Part shown: positions 1-9,165 of the stretch, one piece after another
Numbering within the stretch: the first letter of the stretch is position 1
How the letters are laid out: the number at the start of each line of letters is the position of its first letter
NCBI GenBank assembly: GCA_046861395.1
Contig: JBHHUC010000014.1
Span: 1-39,589 of the forward strand
DNA length: 39,589 bases
Source: Fidelibacterota bacterium
Lineage (GTDB): Bacteria > Fidelibacterota > Marinisomatia > Marinisomatales > JABMOV01
Reading direction: 5' to 3'
The notes under the pieces: generated by a model
Seen by the model: the letters and a program-made list of their open reading frames with translations, nothing else
What the model was told of the DNA's origin: nothing
Databases searched by the model: none
Made by a program: the position numbers and the translations under genes

Positions 1-169
1 CGGGAAGCTAATCGCCCATATGTTTGTGTTATTATTTCAATAATCTTCAGCGATTTGCGAAGTTGCCTGTCCCGGTGAGAACCGTCAGAGTCGAAACCGG
101 GAAGCTAATCGCCCATATGTTTGTGTTATTATTTCAATAATCTTCAGCGATTAGCAAAGTTGCCTGTCC
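1..169. repeat. Direct repeat: two 72-bp copies (1-72, 98-169), period 97 bp, 2 mismatches; may continue beyond the window edge
   Basis: cgggaagctaatcgcccatatgtttgtgttattatttcaataatcttcagcgatt(t/a)gc(g/a)aagttgcctgtcc occurs twice; gcctgtcc recurs at 202-209. Confidence 0.95.
70..114 (-). pseudogene. tRNA-like 5' fragment (GGGCGATTAGCT, Val-like) fused to a TCCCGGT...ACCGGGA hairpin; second copy at 1-17 runs off the window
   Basis: Minus strand reads GGGCGAT-TA-GCT-TCCCGGTTTCGACTCTGACGGTTCTCACCGGGA; same TAGCT|TCCCG junction as the element at 39454-39566. Confidence 0.45.
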
Positions 170-259
170 ATCGTAACGCCCTGTCAGGAGAGTGAAGATG
201 GGCCTGTCCCTTGGAGCTCCATATCAGGGTAGTGTAATTGAAATCGCCGAAAAAAATTA

Positions 260-296
260 CCACTTTTCAATGATCAATGGTTAATGAAAAAAGTGG
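260..296 (-). terminator. Possible terminator of the cytochrome operon
   Basis: CCACTTTT...AAAAGTGG inverted repeat followed on the minus strand by GTAATTTTTTT; long, imperfect loop. Confidence 0.3.
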
Positions 297-458
297 ACAA
301 AGCTATCTGTCATTGTTCCTTTATCGCATTATAATATCTGCAACGGTCTTGATTTATCAATGGAATCGTTTCCAGGAATGTCTACGTCACATACCGCTTC
401 AAATGGCACAGCAACCATTACAGTGTAGGTAGATTCTTTAATATATATGCCGACGTCT

Positions 459-1655
459 CTAAGGTTTATTAATGCTGGAAAAGAAGGCATACAGATCAGC
501 CAGATCCCGGGCTGATAAATCCGGCCAATCCAGGTCTTTTTCAATAAGCTTTTCATCCATTGCCGGGGCATGACTCCACATTTTTGCAATCAGAGCTATC
601 GGTGAGTTTAAGTCTTCAATCTGAGCAAAGTCTTTTTTTGCCGTATTATTCCCAACACCGTTTAAGGTGTGGCAATCTAAACAATTTTTTTCCGCTATAA
701 GTTGATGTCCTTTCTCAATATCGCCTGGTTTGTCTTGTAATTTAGATTTATATATATATGTGATTATATCCGCCAATTCACCACTTTCAAAAGTTGGAAT
801 CTCCATGGCTTTTTCCTGCATGACTTCCCACATTTTGGGACCATGATTCCATAACCGCCCCGCAAATTCCAGTACAGTATAATTAAAATGCATTTCTTCA
901 AACCCCGGGCCAATATTTTCAGAACTCATTGAATCATGGCAGTTGGTACATCCTTTTTGATGAATTAGAGACTCACCCCTTTCTTCATCTCCCAACTCAA
1001 AAGAATTTGGAGGGAAAATTGTAGGTGACATAAAAGATTTTAGGCCGGCTGATAAATCAACAAAATCATTTTTAACAAATTTCGGTTGTTCTATACCATG
1101 TTCCTCAAACAATTCTGCCATTTGTGGTCCATGGTTCCACATGGCTTCAGCCAAATTCAGGGGCGATAAATATTCCTTTTTTTTGCTTATATCCGGTCCA
1201 ATATCGCCACCCTTTCCACCAAAAATATGACATTCAGTACAATTCATTGAATTCAACAGTTTTCTACCTCGGAAGACATTGCCCTTTTCTCCTGTAAATC
1301 TTAAAAATAATAGGTAGTCTATCAGACATGACATTTCATATTCTGAAATTGGTTGAAATTTTTCGCCCTTTTTTTCCATCTTTTTCTGCATCTTTGGAAA
1401 ATGACTCCACATTGTTGCTGCCAGTTCCAAGTGTGTACCATAATATTTTCTTCGGCCCAGGTCCGGACCGCCTTTTCCACCATTGCCATTGATAGCATGG
1501 CACATATCGCACCCCTTCTCGCTGAATACATCTTTCCCCACATATTGCGATTCAGCCGCATCACCAGCGAATATTGTATTTATCAATAACACAAAGAAAG
1601 CTATACGGAAAATTCTATTTCCTCCCCATTGATTTCTTATGGCAATAGTTTTCAT
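459..1655 (-). CDS. Periplasmic tetraheme c-type cytochrome (four tandem monoheme cytochrome c domains)
   Basis: CDMCH, CTECH, CTNCH, CLDCH, each followed by (M/L)W(N/S)HxPxM; hydrophobic signal segment; start moved to ATG 1655 because AAGGAGG lies just upstream. Confidence 0.9.
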   Translation of the reverse strand: MKTIAIRNQWGGNRIFRIAFFVLLINTIFAGDAAESQYVGKDVFSEKGCDMCHAINGNGGKGGPDLGRRKYYGTHLELAATMWSHFPKMQKKMEKKGEKFQPISEYEMSCLIDYLLFLRFTGEKGNVFRGRKLLNSMNCTECHIFGGKGGDIGPDISKKKEYLSPLNLAEAMWNHGPQMAELFEEHGIEQPKFVKNDFVDLSAGLKSFMSPTIFPPNSFELGDEERGESLIHQKGCTNCHDSMSSENIGPGFEEMHFNYTVLEFAGRLWNHGPKMWEVMQEKAMEIPTFESGELADIITYIYKSKLQDKPGDIEKGHQLIAEKNCLDCHTLNGVGNNTAKKDFAQIEDLNSPIALIAKMWSHAPAMDEKLIEKDLDWPDLSARDLADLYAFFSSINKP

Positions 1656-1722
1656 ATTTCCTCCTTGGTTCGCTGCATTACAATCGGTATAAAACAAAAC
1701 TCAATAAAACAGTGATCCTTTT

Positions 1723-2982
1723 TCAATTTTCTTTTTTCATTAATGTTTTTAGATACCAATAAATATTGCTCATTTCGCCCCCACTCAATTCCGGCCAGTC
1801 CACAACCTTTTTTGACGCTTTGGTTTCCATTAATGGGGCATGGTTCCACATTAATTGGGCCATGGTAATCCCTGACGATAAATTAAGATTCGCTCCAATA
1901 TTGTCAGGAAGTGAACCCGGATTTATTGCATGGCATTGTACACATCCCTTTTCTCTGAAGGCTTTTTCGCCTGATTCATAGTCTCCCGGATAATGATTAA
2001 ATCCCATAAAATATAAATAGGCAATTACATCTGCCATTTCGCTGCTGGTAAAGTGTGGCCAAATCAGATTCTTTTCTTCCATCAACTGATGCATGTCCAA
2101 ACTATGGTTCCATAGAATAGCTGCAATTTCATTCACACTCAGATCCCATTGACGGTATTCCAGATTGGGTGCTTCATCATTCCCCTCTTCACCAATTTTA
2201 TGACAATTGATGCATCCTTTTTCCCTAAACAACAATTTCCCGTTCTGAGGATTTCCAGGTGATTGAAATATCCTCTTTTTTTCTGCCTGCGATCCGGCCG
2301 ACCGGATGTAGGCCTGTAGGTCCACCATCTCCTCTTTTTGAAATTGAGGAAATTCCATGCCAGAGTTCTCTATTTCTTCTCCCATTTGTGGTCCGTGATT
2401 CCAAAGCGCTTGGGCTAAAAATAGTGGGGAAACAAATTGACTTAAGGTGTCTAGGGCCGGACCCCGGTTGCCCCCCTGACCGGCCAAAGTATGACATCTG
2501 GCGCACCCTTTTTGGGAAAATATTGTGGCTCCCGCTTCCGGTTTTCCCGGTTTGCCGAGGTATCTAAGGTAAAATATATAGGTTAACAAATCCGAAAATT
2601 CATTGGAAGTAAAATTAGGAAAAGATAAACCTTGATCCTTTATTTCGAGCATCATTCTGGGTAAATGATTCCACATTGTACTTGCCAGATCCAGGGCGGA
2701 ACCATAATATTCATTTTCCATCAGATCCGGTCCTGCTCCATCGGGCATGTGACATTTGACGCACCCTTTTTGTTCAAAGACATACCGACCCTGCAACGGG
2801 TTGGTTGGTAATTCCTCCTGGCCATATCCCACGTCCGATGTCGTTAAAAATAATACCAAAGATATTGGAAGTATCCTCGCCATGCGGACTGTGATTTTTA
2901 CCATGGTGAAAAGCCAGTCGGATTTACTTTGATGTATAATACTCATGAATTTCCCCAGGTTTGAACTCGTTGCCTCGATCAC
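1723..2982 (-). CDS. Periplasmic tetraheme c-type cytochrome, paralog of 459-1655
   Basis: CVKCH, CARCH, CINCH, CVQCH, each followed by WNHxxxM; GTGA overlap with the upstream gene; true start could be further downstream. Confidence 0.88.
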   Translation of the reverse strand: MIEATSSNLGKFMSIIHQSKSDWLFTMVKITVRMARILPISLVLFLTTSDVGYGQEELPTNPLQGRYVFEQKGCVKCHMPDGAGPDLMENEYYGSALDLASTMWNHLPRMMLEIKDQGLSFPNFTSNEFSDLLTYIFYLRYLGKPGKPEAGATIFSQKGCARCHTLAGQGGNRGPALDTLSQFVSPLFLAQALWNHGPQMGEEIENSGMEFPQFQKEEMVDLQAYIRSAGSQAEKKRIFQSPGNPQNGKLLFREKGCINCHKIGEEGNDEAPNLEYRQWDLSVNEIAAILWNHSLDMHQLMEEKNLIWPHFTSSEMADVIAYLYFMGFNHYPGDYESGEKAFREKGCVQCHAINPGSLPDNIGANLNLSSGITMAQLMWNHAPLMETKASKKVVDWPELSGGEMSNIYWYLKTLMKKEN

Positions 2983-3218
2983 GATTTTTCTGCCGGCTTA
3001 TTTCTTTGCAGACCAACAAAAACATATGTTAGGATTGTAGCAATCGTAAAAAAAAGTGGTATTGCCAATAAACCTATTGCTACAGAGGCATTAATTGCAT
3101 CGTTCAGGCGGTGTGCAACAAATAAAAGGCTTGCAATCCAGGTATTAACCGAAAACACAAAAATCCAGATAAGGCTGATGGATGCAACTTGTAGAATGAA
3201 AACGGTTTTATCCTTCAT
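2979..3218 (-). CDS. Small two-helix membrane protein of unknown function
   Basis: 79 aa with two long hydrophobic segments; 4-bp overlaps with both neighbours. Confidence 0.75.
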   Translation of the reverse strand: MKDKTVFILQVASISLIWIFVFSVNTWIASLLFVAHRLNDAINASVAIGLLAIPLFFTIATILTYVFVGLQRNKPAEKS

Positions 3219-4591
3219 GCTTTTTCTCCTGTCGCCGGTTGAATCAGTTCTTCAAGATTGTTAGGAGTATCGTCTGGCAGATAGGATTGTAGGCGTTTCG
3301 CAGTTTCCTTAACGCTCGTTTCGCGTCCCTCCCTGATTTCCCAGATTGAAATCAATGGGAAAAACTTCGCGAAGAGCATGAATCCCAGCATAAAGGCTGC
3401 AACACCGCCTCCAAATAATGCCCATTCCGTCAATGATGGAATATATATTCCCGTCGGATATTCCAATCTGGGATTGGATAATGACGGTACAACAATATTC
3501 AATCGTTCCAGCCACATACCAATAGTTACCGCTGCTGAAGCAATAAAAATTCCTGAGATTGTTTTTGTTTTTTTATTACTCAAAATAATGACCGGAATCA
3601 GGAAATTGCATATGACCATGGTCCAGAAATAGGGTGCATAAGCACCAGTAAACTTGTAAAAAAAGACTCTCATTTCATCCGGTTCATTACCGTAAAAGGT
3701 TGTAAGGTATTCGGAAAATGTAAAATAGAACCAGAGCAATGACATTACCAGCAATAGTGAAGAGAGATAATTAAAGTGAATATATTTGAGATATTTTTCC
3801 AGTCGGTATACTTTCCGAAAAATTATCATTACCATCAACAGGGCTGCGATTCCAGAAAAAATAGCTCCAACCACAAAATAGGGGCCGAATATTGTGCTAT
3901 GCCACCCCGGCTGGATGGTCATTGCAAATATATAGGATATTACGGTGTGTACAGATATGGCAATGGGTATGACCATAACCATTAAAATATTTATAGCACG
4001 ATTGAGTATTTTATGCTGTTTTTCTGTCCCCTGCCAGCCCCAGGATAAAAATTGATAAAGCCAGCGCGGCCTCACGCCCCGATCACGCAGGATTGCAATA
4101 TCTGGAATCATCGGTAGGTAAAGATAAACCGTACTGGCAGTGAAGTAGGCTGTAATACTTGTAACATCCCACAACAACGGTGACTGGAGACGTCCGTTGG
4201 TCACCAGATTCCACAGGCGGCCCGGTTGTCCCAGATCTAAGATAGGATGCAAACCGCCTATAGCCAATACGATGGCCGTAATCACCTCCGCCATGCGCGT
4301 TATTGGTCTACGCCACTCTGCTTTGGATAATCGAAGTATCGCCGAAATCAGCGTTCCCGCATGGCTGATGCCAATGAAAAACACAAAATTTATTATGTAA
4401 AATCCCCAGGAAACCGGTTGTGCCATACCGGTTACTCCCAAACCGAACCTGACTTGGTTGATAAATGCGTATAAAGCAAAAAATAAAAGGAACAGCAAAA
4501 TACCGTACATCCAATAGAATGCCGGCCCCGTTTCTTCTATTGAACGAAATATATCTTTATCCAGGTCTGCGCCCTTATTCTGATTCGTCAT
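3215..4591 (-). CDS. nrfD: NrfD/PsrC-family quinone-interacting membrane subunit (QrcD/ActC-like)
   Basis: WGFYIINFVFFIGISHAGTLISA, WRRPITRMAE, DLGQPGR, SPLLWD, VHTVIS, GMWLER; about 10 hydrophobic helices; GGAG 7 nt before ATG 4591. Confidence 0.92.
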   Translation of the reverse strand: MTNQNKGADLDKDIFRSIEETGPAFYWMYGILLFLLFFALYAFINQVRFGLGVTGMAQPVSWGFYIINFVFFIGISHAGTLISAILRLSKAEWRRPITRMAEVITAIVLAIGGLHPILDLGQPGRLWNLVTNGRLQSPLLWDVTSITAYFTASTVYLYLPMIPDIAILRDRGVRPRWLYQFLSWGWQGTEKQHKILNRAINILMVMVIPIAISVHTVISYIFAMTIQPGWHSTIFGPYFVVGAIFSGIAALLMVMIIFRKVYRLEKYLKYIHFNYLSSLLLVMSLLWFYFTFSEYLTTFYGNEPDEMRVFFYKFTGAYAPYFWTMVICNFLIPVIILSNKKTKTISGIFIASAAVTIGMWLERLNIVVPSLSNPRLEYPTGIYIPSLTEWALFGGGVAAFMLGFMLFAKFFPLISIWEIREGRETSVKETAKRLQSYLPDDTPNNLEELIQPATGEKA

Positions 4592-4595
4592 CCAA

Positions 4596-5279
4596 TTACT
4601 CCGTTTCAGATAAATAAAACACTTTGGGCTCCGTACCCAATTCTTCAAAAACTCGAAATGCTCTGGAGCTATGTTTCAGTCTGGAAACCCGACTTTCTTG
4701 ATCATTCAAATCTCCGAAACTGATCGCGTCCGTTGGGCAGGATTCGACGCATGCCGGAATATAATCACTCTCGTGGACGTCCCTTCCCTCCAGTGCGGCT
4801 TGTTCTTTTGCTTTCTGCAGGCGATGACCACAGAATGTACATTTTTCAACCACTCCGTCAGGGCGAACTGAAACATCCGGATTCAGTGAACGGTTCATAT
4901 CATCCGGCCAGACTGGTCTGTTCCAGTTAAATGATTTTACCGTATATGGACACGCTGCCATACAGTATCGACATCCAATGCATTGGGGAAATATTTGCGC
5001 AACTATTCCATCATCCGTCTTGTAGGTGGCGCGAACCGGACAAACCTTTATGCAAGGTGGATTGTCACACTGAAAACAGGGTCGGGGAAGATATCGAACT
5101 TTGGCGTGGGGATATTCACCTTCAATGGTTGTCAGCATATCCATCCATAACATTGTTCGTCCTTTGGCTGATTCCTCGGGTCCTACCATAGCCACATTAT
5201 TCTCTGTTTTACAAGCTGACGCACAACTCCCGCAACCTGTGCACTTCTGTAAGTCTATCACCATGCCCCATTTTTGCAT
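4596..5279 (-). CDS. 4Fe-4S dicluster electron-transfer subunit (NrfC/QrcC/DmsB-like)
   Basis: CTGCGSCASAC, CFQCDNPPCIKVCP, CIGCRYCMAACPY, KCTFC, PACVESCP, LGTEPKVFY. Confidence 0.95.
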   Translation of the reverse strand: MQKWGMVIDLQKCTGCGSCASACKTENNVAMVGPEESAKGRTMLWMDMLTTIEGEYPHAKVRYLPRPCFQCDNPPCIKVCPVRATYKTDDGIVAQIFPQCIGCRYCMAACPYTVKSFNWNRPVWPDDMNRSLNPDVSVRPDGVVEKCTFCGHRLQKAKEQAALEGRDVHESDYIPACVESCPTDAISFGDLNDQESRVSRLKHSSRAFRVFEELGTEPKVFYLSETE

Positions 5280-5298
5280 AAACGGTTACTCCTATTGA

Positions 5299-7692
5299 TT
5301 ATACTTGACTTTCACGAGTTGATTTCCGAATTCTGACGCGTGTGGAATACAACGAAGGAAACCCGCTTAATTCATCCATATCCTCCGAAAATAATTCGTA
5401 GATGTTTTCCTTTTTATTCCCAAAAAATCGCCCGAGCGGTAATACCACTGAATCCGGCATAACCGTCGGCCTGATTTTTACCTTTACCGTTAATGATCGA
5501 TTATCCGTAGTAATGTCAATCATATCATCTTCAGCAATATCATATAGCTTTGCCGTTTCTGGATTCAGCTCAGCCCAGAGTCGCCAATATTCCCTGGAAT
5601 GTAATCCGGACATTTCCTGAACTAGCCTCAATTCAGCTCCACTCTGATCCCAGTTACCGATTAACCAGAACGGAATCAGCTGAACAGGGAAATTTATATT
5701 ATGGCTAACCGGTTTTTCATAGTGGGGTAAATAGACATAATCACCACGGGCTTCGATATGAAGTTCGTTTAACAATTCACTAAAAACCTTACCATGTGAG
5801 CCAGGCGCCTGCAATCTCTGCTGGAATGCATTTTCCAGGAAGGATGAATAAAATTCAAACTTTCCTGATTCATTATTGAAAAGCAACCCGGTTTCCCTTA
5901 GATCGTACCCTGGATCCCACCAGCCCCCATTTTCCAGGAGTAGATTCCAGAATTCGTAAAATGACGAATGTTTCATGGGTTGCCATCCGCGTTCTTTTAG
6001 ATATTCGACCCAAGAGTAATCGGCGATCTCCGATACGATTACACCATTTCCGGAATTGTAGATCGCCTGGGCAAAATATTTGATATAATCAAGTTCATCA
6101 TTCCATGGTAACTTTTTCTTCATGGTCTGATTGAGGGATTTTCCAATCTTTAATAGGGTATCAACAAAAGGTCGCGTATCATCGACTCGTTCCATGACCG
6201 GTTGTTGAACAACAAAATGGGGGAAGTCGACAGTTGGCACTGAAAAACTGGCATTCCACCTTTCAAGATCCCCCGGTTCAGGTAAAATCAGATCGGCCTG
6301 AAGGGCGCTTTCGTTTTTGAATGACCCAACATAGACAACAAAGGGAATGTTATTAATAAATCTTTTGATCCGGTGAAGCCTTTTCCCCATGGATACGGGA
6401 TCAGACTGTTGTATAAACAATGTATCAATGACATCTTCGCCGGCCTCTGTTTTCGATAATAAATGTTCAAACGTATTTTCAGCCCTTGCGATATTCTTTT
6501 CATTATCAATCAACTCTAAATGACCATTATCCGGGAAATGGCTCAGTTCGGGGAAACGGATTCCACCTTTTTTATTTATATTACCTTTAAGGGCGTTTAA
6601 ACAATATACTGCATATTGACTATAAACGCCATTTGTGCTTTCAGATAATTGTCCCCCTCCGATTGCCAAACCTCGTTTTGAAAGAGCAAATTGACGTGCC
6701 AAATCAATAATGATTTCACTTGCCAAACCGGTAATATCAGACACTTTTTCCGGTGAATATTCTGAAAGAACAAATTGTTTAAATCCCAGATGAGACTGAC
6801 CGTTATTATCTGTCCAGTCATCAAAACCAAAACTGTGATTGCGTATAAAGGTAGAATCGTAGGTTCCATCGCGGACTATAACATTGGCTATCCCCAGTGC
6901 AAGAGCTCCCCCGGTACCCACCTTGATCGGATGCCATTCTGTCGATTTTACCGCTGTCCGGGACTGGTATGAACTAAGATGGATTATTTTTGCTTGGGAG
7001 TTGCCATAGATATGATTGAAATACACAGGAGCCAGCGGCTCATCCAAGGCATCAAAATCGAAATTTAAAATAAAATCCGTGTTGGTAAAATCGTACGTTG
7101 GTGATATTGTCTCACCGTGAGCCAGGCCGGCCGCCAGATTATAACTTGGATGATAACCTGAATACATCACGTTGGAACATCCCATTGTTTTAAAAATTTT
7201 TTGGATCAGGTTTGATGACAAACTGTATCCGTCATCGGTAATCAACGCCAGCTTTTCCATTGTGTTGTTTATCATCAATTGCTGAAGACGATTCGTAAGT
7301 ATATCGGTAGCCTCTTCCCATGATATACCCACCCATTCGTCAGAACCGCGACTACCGGTTTGTTTCAAAGGTTGTTTTATTCTATCCGGATGAAATATGG
7401 TTTCAATTCCTGAAGCAGCCAACGGACAAATCGCACCACGATTGATCGGGTAGTCTGGGTTACCGGTAATATTGACAGGGATATTATCAATCAGTCTGAT
7501 ACGAATACCACATCCACCTGAACATTTCGTGCATAAACTGGTCTTCCATGATTCCAGCAACGATCCGGTATGAATGCGATTAAATACTTTTTCCGGAATA
7601 TCAAGTAATAGGTGTGCCGTTCCCAAACCTGCTACCGTCGCGGTACCTGTTATACCGAGTAGTTTTAAAAATTCACGGCGGTTAATTTCCAC
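5299..7692 (-). CDS. Tat-exported molybdopterin-oxidoreductase-family subunit (QrcB/ActB-like), possibly lacking the cofactor
   Basis: NRREFLK twin-arginine signal; CTKCSGGC...GAIC Fe-S motif; HPDRIKQPL, ISWEEA, ADLILP; C-terminal LNPETAKLYDI domain; GTG start with AGGAG upstream. Confidence 0.88.
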   Translation of the reverse strand: MEINRREFLKLLGITGTATVAGLGTAHLLLDIPEKVFNRIHTGSLLESWKTSLCTKCSGGCGIRIRLIDNIPVNITGNPDYPINRGAICPLAASGIETIFHPDRIKQPLKQTGSRGSDEWVGISWEEATDILTNRLQQLMINNTMEKLALITDDGYSLSSNLIQKIFKTMGCSNVMYSGYHPSYNLAAGLAHGETISPTYDFTNTDFILNFDFDALDEPLAPVYFNHIYGNSQAKIIHLSSYQSRTAVKSTEWHPIKVGTGGALALGIANVIVRDGTYDSTFIRNHSFGFDDWTDNNGQSHLGFKQFVLSEYSPEKVSDITGLASEIIIDLARQFALSKRGLAIGGGQLSESTNGVYSQYAVYCLNALKGNINKKGGIRFPELSHFPDNGHLELIDNEKNIARAENTFEHLLSKTEAGEDVIDTLFIQQSDPVSMGKRLHRIKRFINNIPFVVYVGSFKNESALQADLILPEPGDLERWNASFSVPTVDFPHFVVQQPVMERVDDTRPFVDTLLKIGKSLNQTMKKKLPWNDELDYIKYFAQAIYNSGNGVIVSEIADYSWVEYLKERGWQPMKHSSFYEFWNLLLENGGWWDPGYDLRETGLLFNNESGKFEFYSSFLENAFQQRLQAPGSHGKVFSELLNELHIEARGDYVYLPHYEKPVSHNINFPVQLIPFWLIGNWDQSGAELRLVQEMSGLHSREYWRLWAELNPETAKLYDIAEDDMIDITTDNRSLTVKVKIRPTVMPDSVVLPLGRFFGNKKENIYELFSEDMDELSGFPSLYSTRVRIRKSTRESQV

Positions 7693-7723
7693 GATAAGAC
7701 TCCTTTGTCTTGCTCAATTTGAA

Positions 7724-8221
7724 TTAACGGTGACAGGAATTGCAATCAATTGTTATTAAATTTTCCTCATGACAGCTCTTGCACCAGTCCATTGTCATCT
7801 CTTTGTGCGGTTTAGTAAACGGCACTTCACGTTCCTGAACATTCCCATGACAGGTTGAACAATCTATTTCTCCGAGTGTTACATGACGCTGGTGTGAAAA
7901 GTAGGCATGATCCACGACTCGATGAACCTGAGTCCAGGGAATCGGCTTTCCTTCTGCAATATAGTCAGCGACTTTCTGTGCCTCTTCGATATCTGTATCC
8001 AAATCATCATGGCAATCAGAGCATACATCTATATTGGGTATCGTGGCGCGTCGATGCTTTTCAACCATCAAATGACAATCGTAACATTCTAATTCAACCT
8101 CTTCAATATGATATTTGTGATTAAACTGGATGGGTTGGGTGATGTTTGGTTCTTTGCCTAAACCGTAGGTAATAAATAAAAATAGTATACAAACTTGAAA
8201 ATGGGACCTATATACGATCAT
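7724..8221 (-). CDS. Pentaheme cytochrome c3-family protein (QrcA/ActA-like)
   Basis: QPIQFNHKYH; CYDCH, CSDCH, CSTCH, CKSCH, CNSCH; YFSHQRH; MDWC; AAGGAG RBS. Confidence 0.93.
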   Translation of the reverse strand: MIVYRSHFQVCILFLFITYGLGKEPNITQPIQFNHKYHIEEVELECYDCHLMVEKHRRATIPNIDVCSDCHDDLDTDIEEAQKVADYIAEGKPIPWTQVHRVVDHAYFSHQRHVTLGEIDCSTCHGNVQEREVPFTKPHKEMTMDWCKSCHEENLITIDCNSCHR

Positions 8222-8448
8222 TTTACTCCTTCTCTACACTGACAAAAGATGGAGCGTGTTCTCTTGATGTTCTTGTATCTCGTGTAATGCCCTCTATCTT
8301 AATGTTATCCGATACTATCAGTGTTACTTTTTAGTTTGTGAAACAATCTGTTAACTTAATTTACTACAATTTGTCGTTATTGAAAACACAATAATACCTA
8401 TATGATGATATTAATATACTTTTGTCTTATACTAAACCCTTGCATATA

Positions 8449-8462
8449 TTGATTTAGATTAA
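8449..8462. promoter_or_regulatory. Possible FNR/CRP-family binding site
   Basis: TTGATTTAGATTAA versus consensus TTGAT-N4-ATCAA (1 mismatch), upstream of the redox operon; AT-rich context makes a chance match plausible. Confidence 0.35.
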
Positions 8463-8800
8463 GATCTTACAAACCTTCTTCAAGTTATAAATGGATATAT
8501 CACCATTGATTTAACAAATGGAACTAGTGCCTGAATTCTTATATTCTGTAAATCAATATACACAATGGGTTAGAATATAATATTTGTTGTTATCACTAAT
8601 AGGAATGATGATTTTCAAAACAGTATCTATGTAAAATTATTGGGGTATACTTGGGTTGATTATTGCTGGCTTTTTCTGATTTTTATTGGAATAAGTGACA
8701 AATGATAGGCCATCGCAGATACGATGTTGTTTGGGATTAATACTACCGACATGATATTTTTATATCGTCAATAATTTTCAGATCTGCATATTTTCACAAC

Positions 8801-9127
8801 ATGAATTCTACAAATAATCCGAAAATTGAGCAGCTCGAAATTGTTAATGATAGCCTCCTCATTGCATGGAGCGACGGGACTGAAAGTATCATTGCACTGA
8901 AAGCATTACGGGATAATTGTCCCTGCGCCCACTGTGCCGGTGAAACCGACGTCCTGGGAAATATCTACATCGGTCCGGCGCGAACATTAAAGGAAGACAG
9001 TTACCGACTAATCCGGTTGAAACCAGTAGGACATTATGCCCTTCAGCCGATTTGGCAGGACGGCCATGATGACGGCTTGTTCACCTTTGATCTGCTGCGC
9101 AAAATCGCCAACTTCGGCGCGGAATAA
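8801..9127 (+). CDS. DUF971 / GBBH-N-like small metal-binding protein
   Basis: IAWSDG, LRDNCPCAHC, VGHYALQPIWQDGHDDGLFTF. Confidence 0.88.
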   Translation: MNSTNNPKIEQLEIVNDSLLIAWSDGTESIIALKALRDNCPCAHCAGETDVLGNIYIGPARTLKEDSYRLIRLKPVGHYALQPIWQDGHDDGLFTFDLLRKIANFGAE

Positions 9128-9131
9128 TAAG

Positions 9132-9156
9132 ACGACCGGGTATAAAGCCCGGTCGT
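9132..9156. terminator. Probable bidirectional intrinsic terminator between convergent genes
   Basis: ACGACCGGG-tataaag-CCCGGTCGT, perfect 9-bp stem between two stop codons. Confidence 0.75.
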
Positions 9157-9165
9157 TTCATTACA

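Noticed and set aside
1..210. CRISPR array
   Set aside because: Only two 72-bp copies separated by a 25-bp hairpin segment; the unit is too long and no cas genes are visible.
329..589. 86-aa ORF downstream of the cytochrome gene
   Set aside because: It overlaps the cytochrome gene in another frame and has no recognisable motif.
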